From Octopus sinensis (Eukaryota): DNA of 64,000 nt. The stretch is taken from the NCBI RefSeq assembly GCF_006345805.1, contig NC_043002.1:44144001-44208000 (forward strand), written 5' to 3'. Positions 41,201 through 51,123 of the stretch are shown here, one piece after another (the stretch's first letter is position 1; every line of letters begins with the position of its first letter). The notes under the pieces are model-generated. The model ran no database searches. It was not told the DNA's origin and saw nothing but the letters and a program-made list of their open reading frames with translations. A program made the position numbers and the translations under genes.

Positions 41201-42527
41201 CGCCATGTTGACGAGGTTCTTCTGGATCTCTTCCCTGCCAAAAGAAGGTGGAATCCTGCTCTTTGAGTTTGCCGTTTGAGGGCAGTCTTGTCTCCTGTAG
41301 CCCAGCAATGTCTATGTTAAGCCTCTTTAGTTCACGGTCAATGATGGCCGTTTTCCTTGTGTCTTCAACCCTGAGTAGATCGTCAGATATTCCAGGGCAC
41401 ATGGTCCTGACATTCCAGCTTGCCAACCGCAGGACTGGTGTTTTCTTGACTTTTAGTTGTTTGCCTGGTGCAGAGATTGCAGGCCGCTTTTCAAGTCATA
41501 TTCTTAGCTCCAAGCACCCAATGAAGCAGGCGGCTTGTGGCGGGTCACCACCTTATTAATTGGGGGCTGCCCAGCTTGAGGTGGGCAGTAGCTAACCAAT
41601 AGGACACGGATGTCCCTCCCGCCGTCAGAGGTAACCCGTAGCGCCCATATTTTACACCAATCTGAATGGACTTATCACTCGTGACTGTTACCTCCCGTGT
41701 TGTTTCTGCAGCTTTTTACAGCAGCACCGGTGTCCTCTCCAGTTTTGCGCAGGCCTGGGCTAGAGATAAGAAATTCCTGGGTAGCCCAATCGTCAGGTTT
41801 TCTCTCTCGACTTTGCTGATGTAGTCCAAAGGAGTGCAGTGCATTATGTTTGGCACCAGCTTGGTTGCAGGAGCTGCCGGAAGAGTGTCGAGTCGAACAC
41901 TAGACCGCCTTGGGGCTCCACTCCGGATATCTTTGAAGGTTGTCTCTTTTCCGTAACCCTGGATAGGGGCCCATACCGGGTACTGTCAGCCGGAGCCAGC
42001 TGAGCCCGGAACTCGTGTCAGGCAGGGTCGTCGCTCCCTGAAGTAGTGAAGAAGTTCGTTACCCACTACCTTTTCAAGTAATGTTAGATTATTATTAGAT
42101 TTTTCATTCTTTTTCCTACGTTTATTTTATGTTTATTTTCAACCACTAATATTCATCATCATCATCAGCAGCAGCAGGTGTAGTAGCAGCAACAATATCA
42201 CTATCAGCAGTAGCAGAGGCAGCGGTAATAGCAGTAGTAATGGCAGCAGCAACAGCAGCAGCAGCTTTTTGCTTCACTTCGTTTCATAGGGACAAGGGAG
42301 GGGAATAAAAGAGAGGGGGGAAGGGGAGAGAATAGAGAGATATTCGGTATTGGTGGTGGGGGTGGGTTTGGGCGGGCGCACAGCGAACAAGGGTCAGTCG
42401 GAATTTAGGGACGGTCAGAATTTAAGCAGAGGGAGGAGAAGCGAGTAATTTACTTAACGAAATTCTAAGAGATGGAGCTAAAAACTAAAAACTAAAAACT
42501 ATATATATATACATACATATATATATA

Positions 42528-42591
<64 letters not shown>

Positions 42592-42761
42592 CCTACATAC
42601 ATACATATATATATACATACATATATACATACATACATACATACATATATATATACATACATACATATATATATACATACATACATACATACATACATAC
42701 ATACTACATACATACATATATATATACACACATACATACATACATACATACATACATACAT

Positions 42762-42792
<31 letters not shown>

Positions 42793-43900
42793 AGGAGAAT
42801 CCACACGAAAAAAGACGAATACAGGTGGTGTAGACAACAAGCAGATGTATTAGTTTAACGCTAGGAAAGTGAAAGAGCCTTTAACGTTTCGAGCCTACGC
42901 TCTTCCAGAGAAAAGAACACAGAAGGAAAAAAATTGTTTAGAAAGTACAAAATAAGTTAAGAAACGTTCAAAAGTCAAAAGGTTCAAAAGCTTCAAACGT
43001 CGTGGTGTATTGAATCGATTTCTCATCAACAGAAGAGTCCAGTGTAATCCATGGGCAGGAGAGGTGTAGCTGAAGCTGAAGTGCACGAGAGTAGAAAGTC
43101 CAGGTAGAGAAACAAGGTAGAATAGTTGAAGTGTAGAAGGTGTAGAAAATCCAAGAAAAATTCGTTGGGTAATGAGAGGAGACAGATGTATTAGTTTAAC
43201 TCTCGGGAAGTGTGAAAGTCTGTTACGTTTCGAGCCGACGCTTTTCGATAGAAAGGAACACAGAAATAAACAGGGAGAGAAAATAGAAAAAGGTATAGTG
43301 GCTAGCGATCTATCATGGCGAATGTCGGACAGAGGGGTTACACAGAAGAGCTAAAAATAAGAGGAGATAATAAAGTAGTGGGGATCCCAAAACATACAAA
43401 TATACATATATATATATATTATATATTATATATATATACATACATGTATATTGGGTTGGCAACTAACTTCTCGCCGTTTTTTTATTTAAATTTTTTAAAA
43501 GGTTTAATAGAATAATTTAATAACAACTAATTAATAAATACTGTATTCATCCTTGATGTTTACAACTTCTTCCCAACGTTCAACAAGATTTTCCATACCT
43601 CGTTTGTAGAAATTACCCGATTTCGACTCGAAAAATTGATCAAACCAAGCTCTCAATTCTCGAGTTTTAGTCATGCACACACACACTCACACACACACAC
43701 ACGCACACACACACACACGCACAAATATATATATATAGCCGCAGGAGTGGTTGTATGGTAGGTAGCTTGCTTACCAATCACATGGTTAAGGGTTCAGTCC
43801 CACTGTGTGGCACCTTGGGCAAGTGTCTTCTACTATAGCCTCGGACCAACCAAAGCCTTCTGAGTGGATTTGATAGATGGAAACTGAAAGAAACCCGTCG

Positions 43901-43961
<61 letters not shown>

Positions 43962-44169
43962 TGTGTGTGTTTGTGTCTGTGCTTGTTCCCCCACCATCAC
44001 TTGATAACTAATTTCGGTATGTTTCCGTACCTGTAACTTAGCAGTTCGACAAAAGGGAACGATAGAATAAGTACTAGGCTTACAAACAATAAGTTCTCGA
44101 GTCTATTTCTTGACAAAAGGTGGTGCTCCAGCACAGCCGCAATCAAATGACTGAAACAAATAAAAGAAA

Positions 44170-44206
<37 letters not shown>

Positions 44207-44775
44207 ATAATTTTATTTTCAATCGTAGGGTGATGCCAATAATATAGCATGAATAGGATAAACCATTCATATCTTGCAGAAAATCTCTCAGCGACTAGCC
44301 ATGAGACTCGAACTCACATCGCGTCAAGTGCTTTATCATTAAGCTAAATTACCCAACAACAAATTTATCTGCAAATTTAGGATATAGAAATCTAACTTTA
44401 TAAGACGCTATCGTACGTTAAATTCAGCTTACTTTGAAAGTCAACAAACAAGGTTTGCTTTAGAAGCGTTGAGATGTATTGAAAGATACAGATAAGGAAA
44501 TAATCTCATTCTCAAACGCAGCGTGATGCTAATATTATAGCATGAACAGGATAAACTATCCATATTTTGTAGAAAATCTCTCAGCGGCCAGCCTTGAGAC
44601 TCGAACTCACATCCCGGTGATTACGAGTCTAGTGCTTTACCATTAAGCAAATTTAGGATATATAAATCTAGCTTTATTAGACGCTATCGTTTGTTGACTT
44701 TCAACGTAAGCTGAATTTAACGTACGATATATATATATATATGTGTATATATATGTATGTGTGTATATAAGTATG

Positions 44776-44825
<50 letters not shown>

Positions 44826-44872
44826 ATATATATGTATATGTGTATATAAGTATGTATATATATATATATATA

Positions 44873-44937
<65 letters not shown>

Positions 44938-45224
44938 ATATATATGTATGTGTGCATATAAGTATGTATACTCTTTTAACTCTTTTACTCGTTTCAGTCA
45001 TTTGACTGTGGCCATGCTGGAGCACCACCTTTAGTCGAGGAAATCGACCCCAGGACTTATTCTTTGTAAGCCTAGTACGTATTCTATCGGTCTCCTTTGT
45101 TGAACCGCTAAGTGACGGGGACATAAACTCACCAGCATTTGTTGTCAAGCGATGTTGGGAGGACAAACACAGACACACAAACACACATACACACATATAC
45201 ACAGAGACAGATAGATAGATAGAT

Positions 45225-45283
<59 letters not shown>

Positions 45284-45446
45284 CGACGAGCTTCTTTCAG
45301 TTTCCGTCTATCAAATCCACTCACAAGGCTTTGGTCGGCCCGAGGATATAGTAGAAGACACTTACCCAAGGTGCCACGCAGTGGGACTGAACCCGGAACC
45401 ATGTGGTTGGTAAGCAAGCTACTTACCACACAGCCACTCATATATA

Positions 45447-45492
<46 letters not shown>

Positions 45493-46868
45493 GGGAGATA
45501 TACTTGCATAGCGAGTGACTTGATCTTAGATCGTGTGCTCGAACGAAAACAATTGCAGTGTGGAAGGTGTTTATAAGCCATTTAAGAAACACACAAAAAA
45601 CCGTTAGATTACTTCAACATTTAAATTTCGTGCAGCACGAAATTTTGTCAGTGAACAGGTCGCGGTCTCAAAGCGACGAAAATATTTTGACAAATTAAAT
45701 TTAAATGTTGAAGCGAATCTAACGGCTTTTGTGTGTTTCTTAAATAGCTTAAAAACACCTTCCACGCTGCAATTGTTTATATATATATGAAATGGAAAAT
45801 AATGGAAACACCTTAAAATTCCAAAGAAATTTATTCTAATATAGGGTAAAACCGCCTTTGGCAGTAATTAGAGCTTGAATTCTACTCGGTATGGACTTGT
45901 ACAAAGTTTCAATTGTTTTGAAAGGAATTTTTCTCCATTCCTCAGCTAAAATAGTCTCCAGTTCTTGTAGTGATGATGGTGATGGATATGGACTCCTTAC
46001 TTGTTATTCTAAAATGCGCCATAAATATTCAGTAAAATTAACATCTGTGGACTGTGGTGGCTAGGGTTAGGGTTAGGGATGTTCAACTTCACTAGAATGT
46101 TCTTCCTACCATTTAGTAACAACTTTTGCTGTGTGAATTGGTGCATTATCTTCCTGAAAGATTGCGTTGTCTCTCCGGAAACAGTTCCACAACCATAGGG
46201 TGAATTTGATCAGATAAATGCTTAAAACGTTTTGATAATTAATTCGTTACGCTAGCGCTTGCCATACGAGCACCAACAATTTGATATCTTTGAAAGTCCG
46301 ATTGATCTGTCATTTTAATGAATGTTAATTACCGATTTGCGATGATATCTGAAAAGAAACAGCAATTTTAGCAAAACATATTAAGCAACATTAATAATAA
46401 ATAAAAATAAAGAAGCTTATGACGGTTTTATAGGTATTTCAAATTTGTGATGCTATGATGCTAGGTGTTTCCATTACTTTGCCCAAACCTGTATGTATTT
46501 ATGTATATATATGGATACATGTATATATGTATATATACATATGTGCATGTATATATATATATGTAAATATATATATATGTATATATATGTATATATATAT
46601 ATACATATGTTTATGTATAAATGTATATAAATATATGTATATATATGTATATATATATATATCGATATATATATACATGGATGTATGTATATATATATAT
46701 GTGTGTGTGTATTTATATATGTATATATTTATGTATGTATATATAAGTATATTTATATGTATATATACATATGAACATTTAACGTGGTACTATAGTCAGT
46801 GTTTCGACTGCTATTTCGGCATGTTGGTGTCTTTTAGACACCCTCATTTTTAATTGTTAATCATATGC

Positions 46869-46921
<53 letters not shown>

Positions 46922-47159
46922 TCTGTGTGTGTGTGTGTGTACGTTTGGGCCAGCTAGAAACGATGCTTCTTGGAGCTGAATAACAGTAACATTCCCCCGT
47001 GTCTTGGGACTGTCACATCATGTTGGCAACAAGCCATCACCTTTTTGTGCTGCTGCTGTATATCTCACTGTGAGAGATTTAGAACTGTGATATTTCTATT
47101 TTTACATCAATATGTATGTATGTATATATATGTATAAATATATATGTATGTGTGTGTAC

Positions 47160-47210
<51 letters not shown>

Positions 47211-47214
47211 TATA

Positions 47215-47245
<31 letters not shown>

Positions 47246-47605
47246 CGTGTGTGTGTATCATATGTGTACATACACATATATATATGTGTGTATATATATG
47301 TATGTGTATATATATATATGTCTTTATATATATAAGTATATGTGTGTGTGTATGTGTACACATATATATACATATATGTGTATATATGTGTGTACATATA
47401 TGTATATATATATATATATGTATGTATATGTATGTATGTATTTATATATATAAGTATATACATACATACACACGCACACACATATGTATATATATGTGTG
47501 TATATATATGTATGTATTTATATATATAAGTATATACATACATACACACACATATATATGTATATATATATGTATGTATTTATATATATAAGTATATACG
47601 TACAT

Positions 47606-47649
<44 letters not shown>

Positions 47650-48048
47650 AGCTGAAACTCTATTCACTCCAACGACGCCGTCAACGTTACATTACTTGTA
47701 CGATGTGGAAAATATTCCATAAGCACTGTCCAAACGATGTTGGCATCACCTTCAAAATACACCCAACACTTGGACACCGTGCCATCCGTCCACAACAAAA
47801 ATCTAAATCGCATCTCATAACAACAATACGGCACAATTATTCCACCTTAATTGGCCCTGCTCTCCAAGCTGGGCCAAATTCCTCCAAGCAGTCCCGGACA
47901 AACTACCCACACCCGGATATGTCTCCGCAAACAATAACTCTCTTCTCGAATGGGCCTTGGTGCCCAAATCCTAAATTGAAATTCTTCGCCAGGTGGTGCT
48001 ATTAAGTTAGACATGGCCTGGGCCAATACTGACCAAAACCTTTCTAAG

Positions 48049-48123
<75 letters not shown>

Positions 48124-48171
48124 GTGTGGGTGTGTGTGTGTATGATATATATGTATATATGTATGTACGTG

Positions 48172-48239
<68 letters not shown>

Positions 48240-50160
48240 TTCAAAAATTATTTTAGTAATAATGATTTTACCAGGTAGCCAGTGCCGAAAATGAAAACCT
48301 TGTCTTTCTTTTACTTGCCCACATTAAGGTGTGTGTTTCTCAGAGATTTTAAGGTAGTAAAAAAAAACTTTAACGTCTATTTTTAGCAGCGTGAGGTGAT
48401 GCTTTAATCTGACCCCTTGTTATAATTATGTATATAATTATAAAATAATTCGTAAAATTTACTTAAAACGTATTCACCTACCCTCATTAAGAACACTCTG
48501 GCTGTAGCTAAAAACCTAACTAGCGTAACCTCCTTAGAAATAGACGTAATTCTATCTGCCAGGCAAACCCCTCATCTCCTTCAACAATTAACTTCAATAC
48601 TAATAGGAACAACTTCTTCGATATAACTATTGCCTTCTCTGATTCCGGTCAGATCACAGATCTAGCCGGACTATACCTCCCCCAACAATTCCACATGCTT
48701 TTCCCTAACATCAAAGGAGATTTATATAGCTATGATGCATTGCTAATTATAACGTGCCTAACTAAATCTGCAGGAGAGAAAACTAGAAAACACTTACATA
48801 AATCCTTCTCCAACTTTAACCTATTTACCTCGTTTGAAAACTCGTACAAAACGGCCAATTTTTTAGATGTTACTTTAGATGTTACTTTAGATTTAAATTC
48901 TTCACTTTACTTCCCCTATCATAAACCCAATCAATACCTTAGGTACTTCAACACAGAATCTAACCGCCATAAATCTACATTCGAGAGTATAATCAAAAGC
49001 ATATCTATCCGGATATCAGATCTCTCCGCCACTGAGGAAATCTTCAATAACTATGCCACCTACTATAACCAAGCTCTAGCTACTAGTAGTGTCTCCCAGA
49101 AAATTAAGATTTAAAACAAACACTAAACTTAAAGAACATCTCTCTAGGGCAGCACGCCCACCTATTGGACAACTAAGCCCTCACACTACAGATAGGCAAA
49201 CTGATACCACCACCAGGAACTAACCCCCCCCACACACACACACACAGCACACACACACAGGCAACTGTTGCGACATTTATATTATATTTATATTATATCT
49301 ATTTTTCTTGTAGATCAAATTGTAATAGCATATCCGCCGATTAATACAGAAGTAATTGTTAATGAAACAGCTTTTATACCATGTGACGTATCACATCCAT
49401 ATTTTGTCGATCTTGTATTTCATTGGTTATTTAATGGAAAACCATTAAATCTGGAGAACAACCCACACTATTCTACGGTAAGTACTTGACATGTAAAAGG
49501 ATTTTCATTTATGAAAGCACGATAGCAAAAGCTTAAACAATACTTCACTTTCAATAACTTTTAGACTTAAATATTATTTTCATCGAATTTATCACGAAAA
49601 CGATCATACAATAGAAATTGTGTATTGAAATATGAAAAAATTTATCAGCATTATATCTGTTTGAAAAGTAGTTAGTAAATTCGAAAGATAATATATCGAT
49701 ATTTTTGACATTGTATTATAATAGCGGAGGACTGAAATAATGGGTAGACTGACAACCAAATTGTATTGAGGTATTAAGATCAAACTTTGAGTTTGCCTTT
49801 GATCTCTTCAGGATTAACCTATTAAGTCCAACTGTCCAATAAATAGGAGACTAAATGAGAACAGTAAATAAGATGTATCACATTGTCCCAGTGTCCCATT
49901 TATAGGACACCGAGTATTTCCATTTCTACTTGAAGTAAAGGAGTTTTAATATTTTTTTCTTTCATTTTAGCCTATTTTCAATCATCTGTAAAAATTTTAA
50001 AGTAATATTCAGAAATTTATTTTATTTCAGTCGGAAGTCAATGGACATATAAGAGGCTTATACATACGTGATGCGAAAGTTTACCAACAAGGCCAGTATG
50101 AATGCATTGCCATAACACCCACCCATAAAGTATCAGCAGGGGCATATTTAACTGTGAAAG
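3852..50160 (+). CDS. CNTN: Contactin-like Ig-superfamily adhesion gene, partial (8 exons, Ig2-Ig6; 5' and 3' exons outside the window)
   Basis: Eight AG/GT-bounded exons with compatible phases (1-1,1-1,1-2,2-1,1-1,1-1,1-0,0-1) join into a stop-free 1500-nt frame with five Ig Cys pairs. Motifs [48 protein letters not shown] and [29 protein letters not shown] resemble contactin Ig3-Ig6. The symbol is family-level only. Confidence 0.88.
4851..5006 (-). mobile_element. SINE family A, 5' module
   Basis: Reverse complement matches the head and left module of the family A copies. Confidence 0.75.
6440..6845. mobile_element. Palindromic MITE (same family as 45547-45778), interrupted by a CCCTAA-rich insert
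   Basis: Shares gtcgcggt.tcaaag.gac.aaaatattttgaca...aatgttgaag and ctaacgg.ttttgtgtgttt...cttccacgctg with the 45.6-kb element. Confidence 0.55.
7791..8024 (+). CDS. CNTN: Contactin-like exon, second half of Ig2
   Basis: aaaag|GA ATC ACC TAC CAA TGG...TCA T|gtaagt; 234 nt; ITYQWVKG...[26 protein letters not shown]. Confidence 0.85.
8115..8428 (-). mobile_element. SINE family B, two-unit fragment
   Basis: Two copies of the unit gccgag.tcgactttgcctttc.tcc...ggggtcgat...aagtaccagtt.cg.attggggtcgat, related to 26837 and 61004. Confidence 0.7.
11760..11960 (-). mobile_element. Highly degenerate retroelement remnant (possibly Penelope RT)
   Basis: [25 protein letters not shown] weakly resembles the Penelope RT F-D-I motif region; lies in a GC-richer decayed tract of about 10300-11960. 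Confidence 0.2.
13158..13270. repeat. (GA)n / purine-rich tract
   Basis: Direct sequence. Confidence 0.9.
13384..13545 (+). mobile_element. SINE family A, 5' module
   Basis: gctgtgtggtaagaagc...ggattcagttccactgcgtggcacc...gaaactgaaagaagcccg(ta)n; A- and B-box-like motifs. Confidence 0.8.
13694..14500. mobile_element. MITE with imperfect TIRs and an internal ~55-bp direct repeat
   Basis: ctttgtggtcttcgtcactgtttacaatt (13694) is inverted relative to aattgtaaacacgaaagccacaaag (14462); direct repeats near 13940 and 14045. Confidence 0.5.
14520..15300 (-). mobile_element. hAT-family (ZMYM1/DUF4371-like) transposase remnant
   Basis: Minus strand reads [16 protein letters not shown]...[11 protein letters not shown] across a frameshift, resembling AKYFSII.D.T.DISH.EQLS. 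Confidence 0.45.
16994..17206. mobile_element. Mariner-type MITE with TA target duplication
   Basis: TA|cgaggccatgttgaaaagtcattagcttt ... aaaaccaggaacttttcagcatccacttg|TA; imperfect TIRs. Confidence 0.6.
17489..17789 (-). mobile_element. tRNA-derived SINE family D
   Basis: Head gtggagacgcaatggcccagtggttagggcagcggactc...ggcttcgattcccagacc with A and B boxes; second copy at 20467. Confidence 0.85.
18022..18142 (+). CDS. CNTN: Contactin-like exon, first half of Ig3
   Basis: tttacag|CT CCA AAA...GAT GC|gtatgt; 121 nt, phase 1-2; [39 protein letters not shown]. Confidence 0.85.
18830..19014 (+). CDS. CNTN: Contactin-like exon, second half of Ig3
   Basis: tatacag|C GAG CCA ATG...TCT G|gtaagt; 185 nt, phase 2-1; [10 protein letters not shown]...[18 protein letters not shown]. 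Confidence 0.88.
19776..20440 (+). mobile_element. Penelope-type pseudo-LTR or retrozyme-like tandem repeat (partial copy plus full copy)
   Basis: ~175-bp near-identical direct repeat (19776-19950 and 20262-20440), flanked by (TA)n, carrying a hammerhead motif. Confidence 0.6.
20196..20303 (+). ncRNA. Type I hammerhead ribozyme fold (CCGAUGA core variant)
   Basis: Stem I UCUUUG/CAAAGA, core CCGAUGA, stem II GACG/CGUC, GAAA, stem III ACAAUGCGUUCU, C17. The upstream copy has an intact ACAAUGCAUUGU-C (GUC site at 19809-19811). Confidence 0.65.
20467..20760 (-). mobile_element. tRNA-derived SINE family D
   Basis: Colinear with 17489-17789. Confidence 0.85.
22415..22790 (-). mobile_element. 5'-truncated RTE-like LINE, 3' end
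   Basis: [23 protein letters not shown]...[11 protein letters not shown]...LLLWKP...[15 protein letters not shown] (post-RT region); short (TGA)n tail. Confidence 0.7.
25103..25200. repeat. (CA)n(CT)n compound microsatellite
   Basis: Direct sequence. Confidence 0.9.
25470..25990 (+). mobile_element. Degenerate RTE RT fragment
   Basis: [21 protein letters not shown] and [20 protein letters not shown] resemble the RTE RT segments seen at 38.9-39.4 kb. Confidence 0.55.
26837..27007 (+). mobile_element. SINE family B
   Basis: Head gagctggcagaatcgt.agca.gccggacgaaatgcttagc...gagttcaaattcc..gaggtcgactttgc. Confidence 0.75.
27202..28202 (+). mobile_element. SINE family A, split by insertions in its microsatellite linker
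   Basis: Left module 27202-27360 and right module ~27995-28202, with (TA)n, ~400 bp of inserted DNA and (TG)n between them. Confidence 0.8.
27509..27807. mobile_element. MITE with 37-bp TIRs and TA target duplication
   Basis: TA|tccgtaaatataagagagctaactttgaatatgttaa ... ttaacatattcaaagttggctctcttatatttacgga|TA; 36/37 match. Confidence 0.8.
28324..28596 (+). CDS. CNTN: Contactin-like exon, Ig4
   Basis: tttacag|CT AAG CCA...TTG G|gtaag; 273 nt, phase 1-1; [39 protein letters not shown]...[25 protein letters not shown]. Confidence 0.92.
29200..29500 (-). mobile_element. Degenerate RTE-like 3' fragment
   Basis: [26 protein letters not shown] resembles IL.G...GKR..GRPR..WLDNI. Confidence 0.3.
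30390..31480 (-). mobile_element. pogo/Tigger-like (DDE_1) transposase remnant
   Basis: [13 protein letters not shown]...[24 protein letters not shown] matches LLILDGH.SH...SHKLQPLDRAVFGPFK.YYN. Confidence 0.65.
32303..32599 (+). CDS. CNTN: Contactin-like exon, Ig5
   Basis: ttttcag|CG TTC AAA...ACG G|gtaagt; 297 nt, phase 1-1; [23 protein letters not shown]...[26 protein letters not shown]. Confidence 0.92.
32961..33099. repeat. Pure (TTC)~46 trinucleotide repeat
   Basis: Uninterrupted 139-bp run. Confidence 0.95.
33780..34930 (+). mobile_element. L1/Tx1-like reverse transcriptase remnant
   Basis: [32 protein letters not shown] and FTDDDY...YEAVTG-like [15 protein letters not shown] motifs, with stops and frameshifts. 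Confidence 0.7.
34935..35330 (-). mobile_element. R4/Dong-like non-LTR fragment
   Basis: [16 protein letters not shown]...[20 protein letters not shown] is homologous to the 59543-60655 ORF; begins at a (TAA)n array. Confidence 0.6.
35331..35412. repeat. (TTA)n/(TAA)n array
   Basis: Direct sequence. Confidence 0.9.
35413..36090 (-). mobile_element. R4/Dong-like non-LTR 3' fragment (restriction-like endonuclease end)
   Basis: [14 protein letters not shown]...[15 protein letters not shown] and [12 protein letters not shown]...[12 protein letters not shown]; 3' end abuts (TAA)n. Confidence 0.7.
36181..36571 (-). mobile_element. SINE family A, full length
   Basis: Head, left module, (CA/TA) linker, right module and tail all present. 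Confidence 0.88.
37805..38068 (-). mobile_element. SINE family A, lacking the head
   Basis: Right module plus part of the left module. Confidence 0.75.
38221..42040 (-). mobile_element. Near-full-length RTE-clade (BovB-like) LINE, inactivated
   Basis: APE endonuclease ([23 protein letters not shown]), RT ([30 protein letters not shown]), C-terminal CGTC..HSHSRKC zinc finger, ~0.5-kb 5' UTR; at least three frameshifts; 3' end runs into (TA)n. Confidence 0.92.
42497..42791. repeat. (TA)n/(TACA)n compound microsatellite
   Basis: Direct sequence. Confidence 0.9.
42800..43380 (-). mobile_element. Penelope-like terminal fragments (two related copies)
   Basis: cagatgtattagtttaac.ct.ggaa.gtgaaag..c..taacgtttcgagcc.acgct.ttc occurs at ~42840 and ~43185; family assignment is by recognition only. 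Confidence 0.4.
43450..43662 (-). mobile_element. Mariner transposon 3' fragment with TIR
   Basis: TA|ttgggttggcaactaa TIR; minus strand [32 protein letters not shown] (mariner C-terminus). Confidence 0.75.
43738..44168 (+). mobile_element. SINE family A, full length
   Basis: Head gcaggagtggttgtatggtagg...gggttcagtccc, (TA)n(TG)n linker and tail. Confidence 0.88.
44230..44728. repeat. Local duplication with a 39-bp inverted end; contains a tRNA-like segment
   Basis: 44230-44414 is similar to 44523-44689; 44690-44728 is the reverse complement of 44410-44448 (1 mismatch). Confidence 0.7.
44970..45440 (-). mobile_element. SINE family A, full length, (GATA)n linker
   Basis: Colinear with the other copies; linker expanded as (AGAT)n. 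Confidence 0.88.
45547..45778. mobile_element. Palindromic MITE with ~82-bp inverted arms
   Basis: 45547-45628 and 45697-45778 are reverse complements with few mismatches. Confidence 0.75.
45820..46260 (-). mobile_element. Tc1 transposase C-terminal remnant
   Basis: [15 protein letters not shown]...[18 protein letters not shown]...[18 protein letters not shown]...[22 protein letters not shown]. Confidence 0.85.
46490..47650. repeat. Large TA/TG/TATG low-complexity field
   Basis: Direct sequence; accounts for many spurious IY/YV ORFs. Confidence 0.9.
47680..48045 (+). mobile_element. CR1/Jockey-group LINE, 3' fragment
   Basis: [44 protein letters not shown] resembles a LINE ORF2 C-terminus; flanked by (TA)n. 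Confidence 0.5.
48500..49140 (+). mobile_element. Penelope-like RT remnant
   Basis: [51 protein letters not shown]...Y.QAL; catalytic YRDD degenerate (YSYD). Confidence 0.75.
49314..49477 (+). CDS. CNTN: Contactin-like exon, first half of Ig6
   Basis: cttgtag|AT CAA ATT...ACG|gtaagt; 164 nt, phase 1-0; [38 protein letters not shown]. Confidence 0.88.
50031..50160 (+). CDS. CNTN: Contactin-like exon, second half of Ig6
   Basis: atttcag|TCG GAA GTC...AAA G|gtaatt; 130 nt, phase 0-1; [43 protein letters not shown] (not in the ORF track). Confidence 0.87.
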
Positions 50161-50859
50161 GTAATTTATATTCACAAAAATTATTGATTTTGCTGCTGCT
50201 TTGAAGTTCCACTTTGAACGAGTAGTCCTATCATAAAAGGAATTTCAGTCGGTGTTCTGTAAATTAGGGACAACTTTGTTTTGAGTAGAAGTCTCATTTG
50301 AGGGAGATTCAGCTGCTGTTTCGTGAATTCGGTTCAATTTTGATTCCACAGAGCTATGATCATAGAAAGTATATTAGCCGTGACCATTATGTATGTTTCT
50401 ATATCAGTTATTAATTCAATACACTTCCATTTTTAACACAGAAGGGAAGTGATTTTAGGAAAATTTGGACGCCATATCTAGCAGACAGGTAACCATATCG
50501 TGACACGCTTGATTGTTATTTTTATCTGAGGCTTAAGTGAAAGGTAGCCAAAGTGTTTTTAACCTATCGTTCAAATGCTTTCACGTACCAGCTTAATCTG
50601 GGAGTTCTACCATTAGAAAACAATAATTTCACTTCGCTCGAAATTTCTAAATTCTTACGATGTAAACAATGTACACTTGTGGCTGCTAAGAACAAAGCTT
50701 CTAAAATTGATATGGGAATTCGAAGGATTACTTTAGTCGAATGGTAGAATGACTGTTATGTTTAGAAGAGGTAGATATAGTTACGAGGTCCACAGGGAGC
50801 CTTCGATTCTTTTTTTCTATCACAAATATGTTCAACATTAAAGCACACTACAAAATATG

Positions 50860-50961
<102 letters not shown>

Positions 50962-51052
50962 GAGAAAGAGAGGGATAAATTTACTAGGAAATGGATGCGT
51001 GGCGTTCAATCATATATTAGTATGAATAAAATATATATCCATATATGCATAT

Positions 51053-51123
<71 letters not shown>

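Noticed and set aside
41960-42040. HDV-like ribozyme at the RTE 5' end (GAG-UUCCGGG-CUC resembles P3/L3, followed by GGCUGA)
   Set aside because: No consistent P1 and P2 pairing could be built by hand; a descriptor-based search on the family consensus would be needed
42870-43260. GAGC-GUAG-GCUC-GAAAC stem-II-like motifs in two Penelope-type ends (minus strand)
   Set aside because: The upstream core does not match CUGANGA or CCGANGA, and stems I and III are not evident
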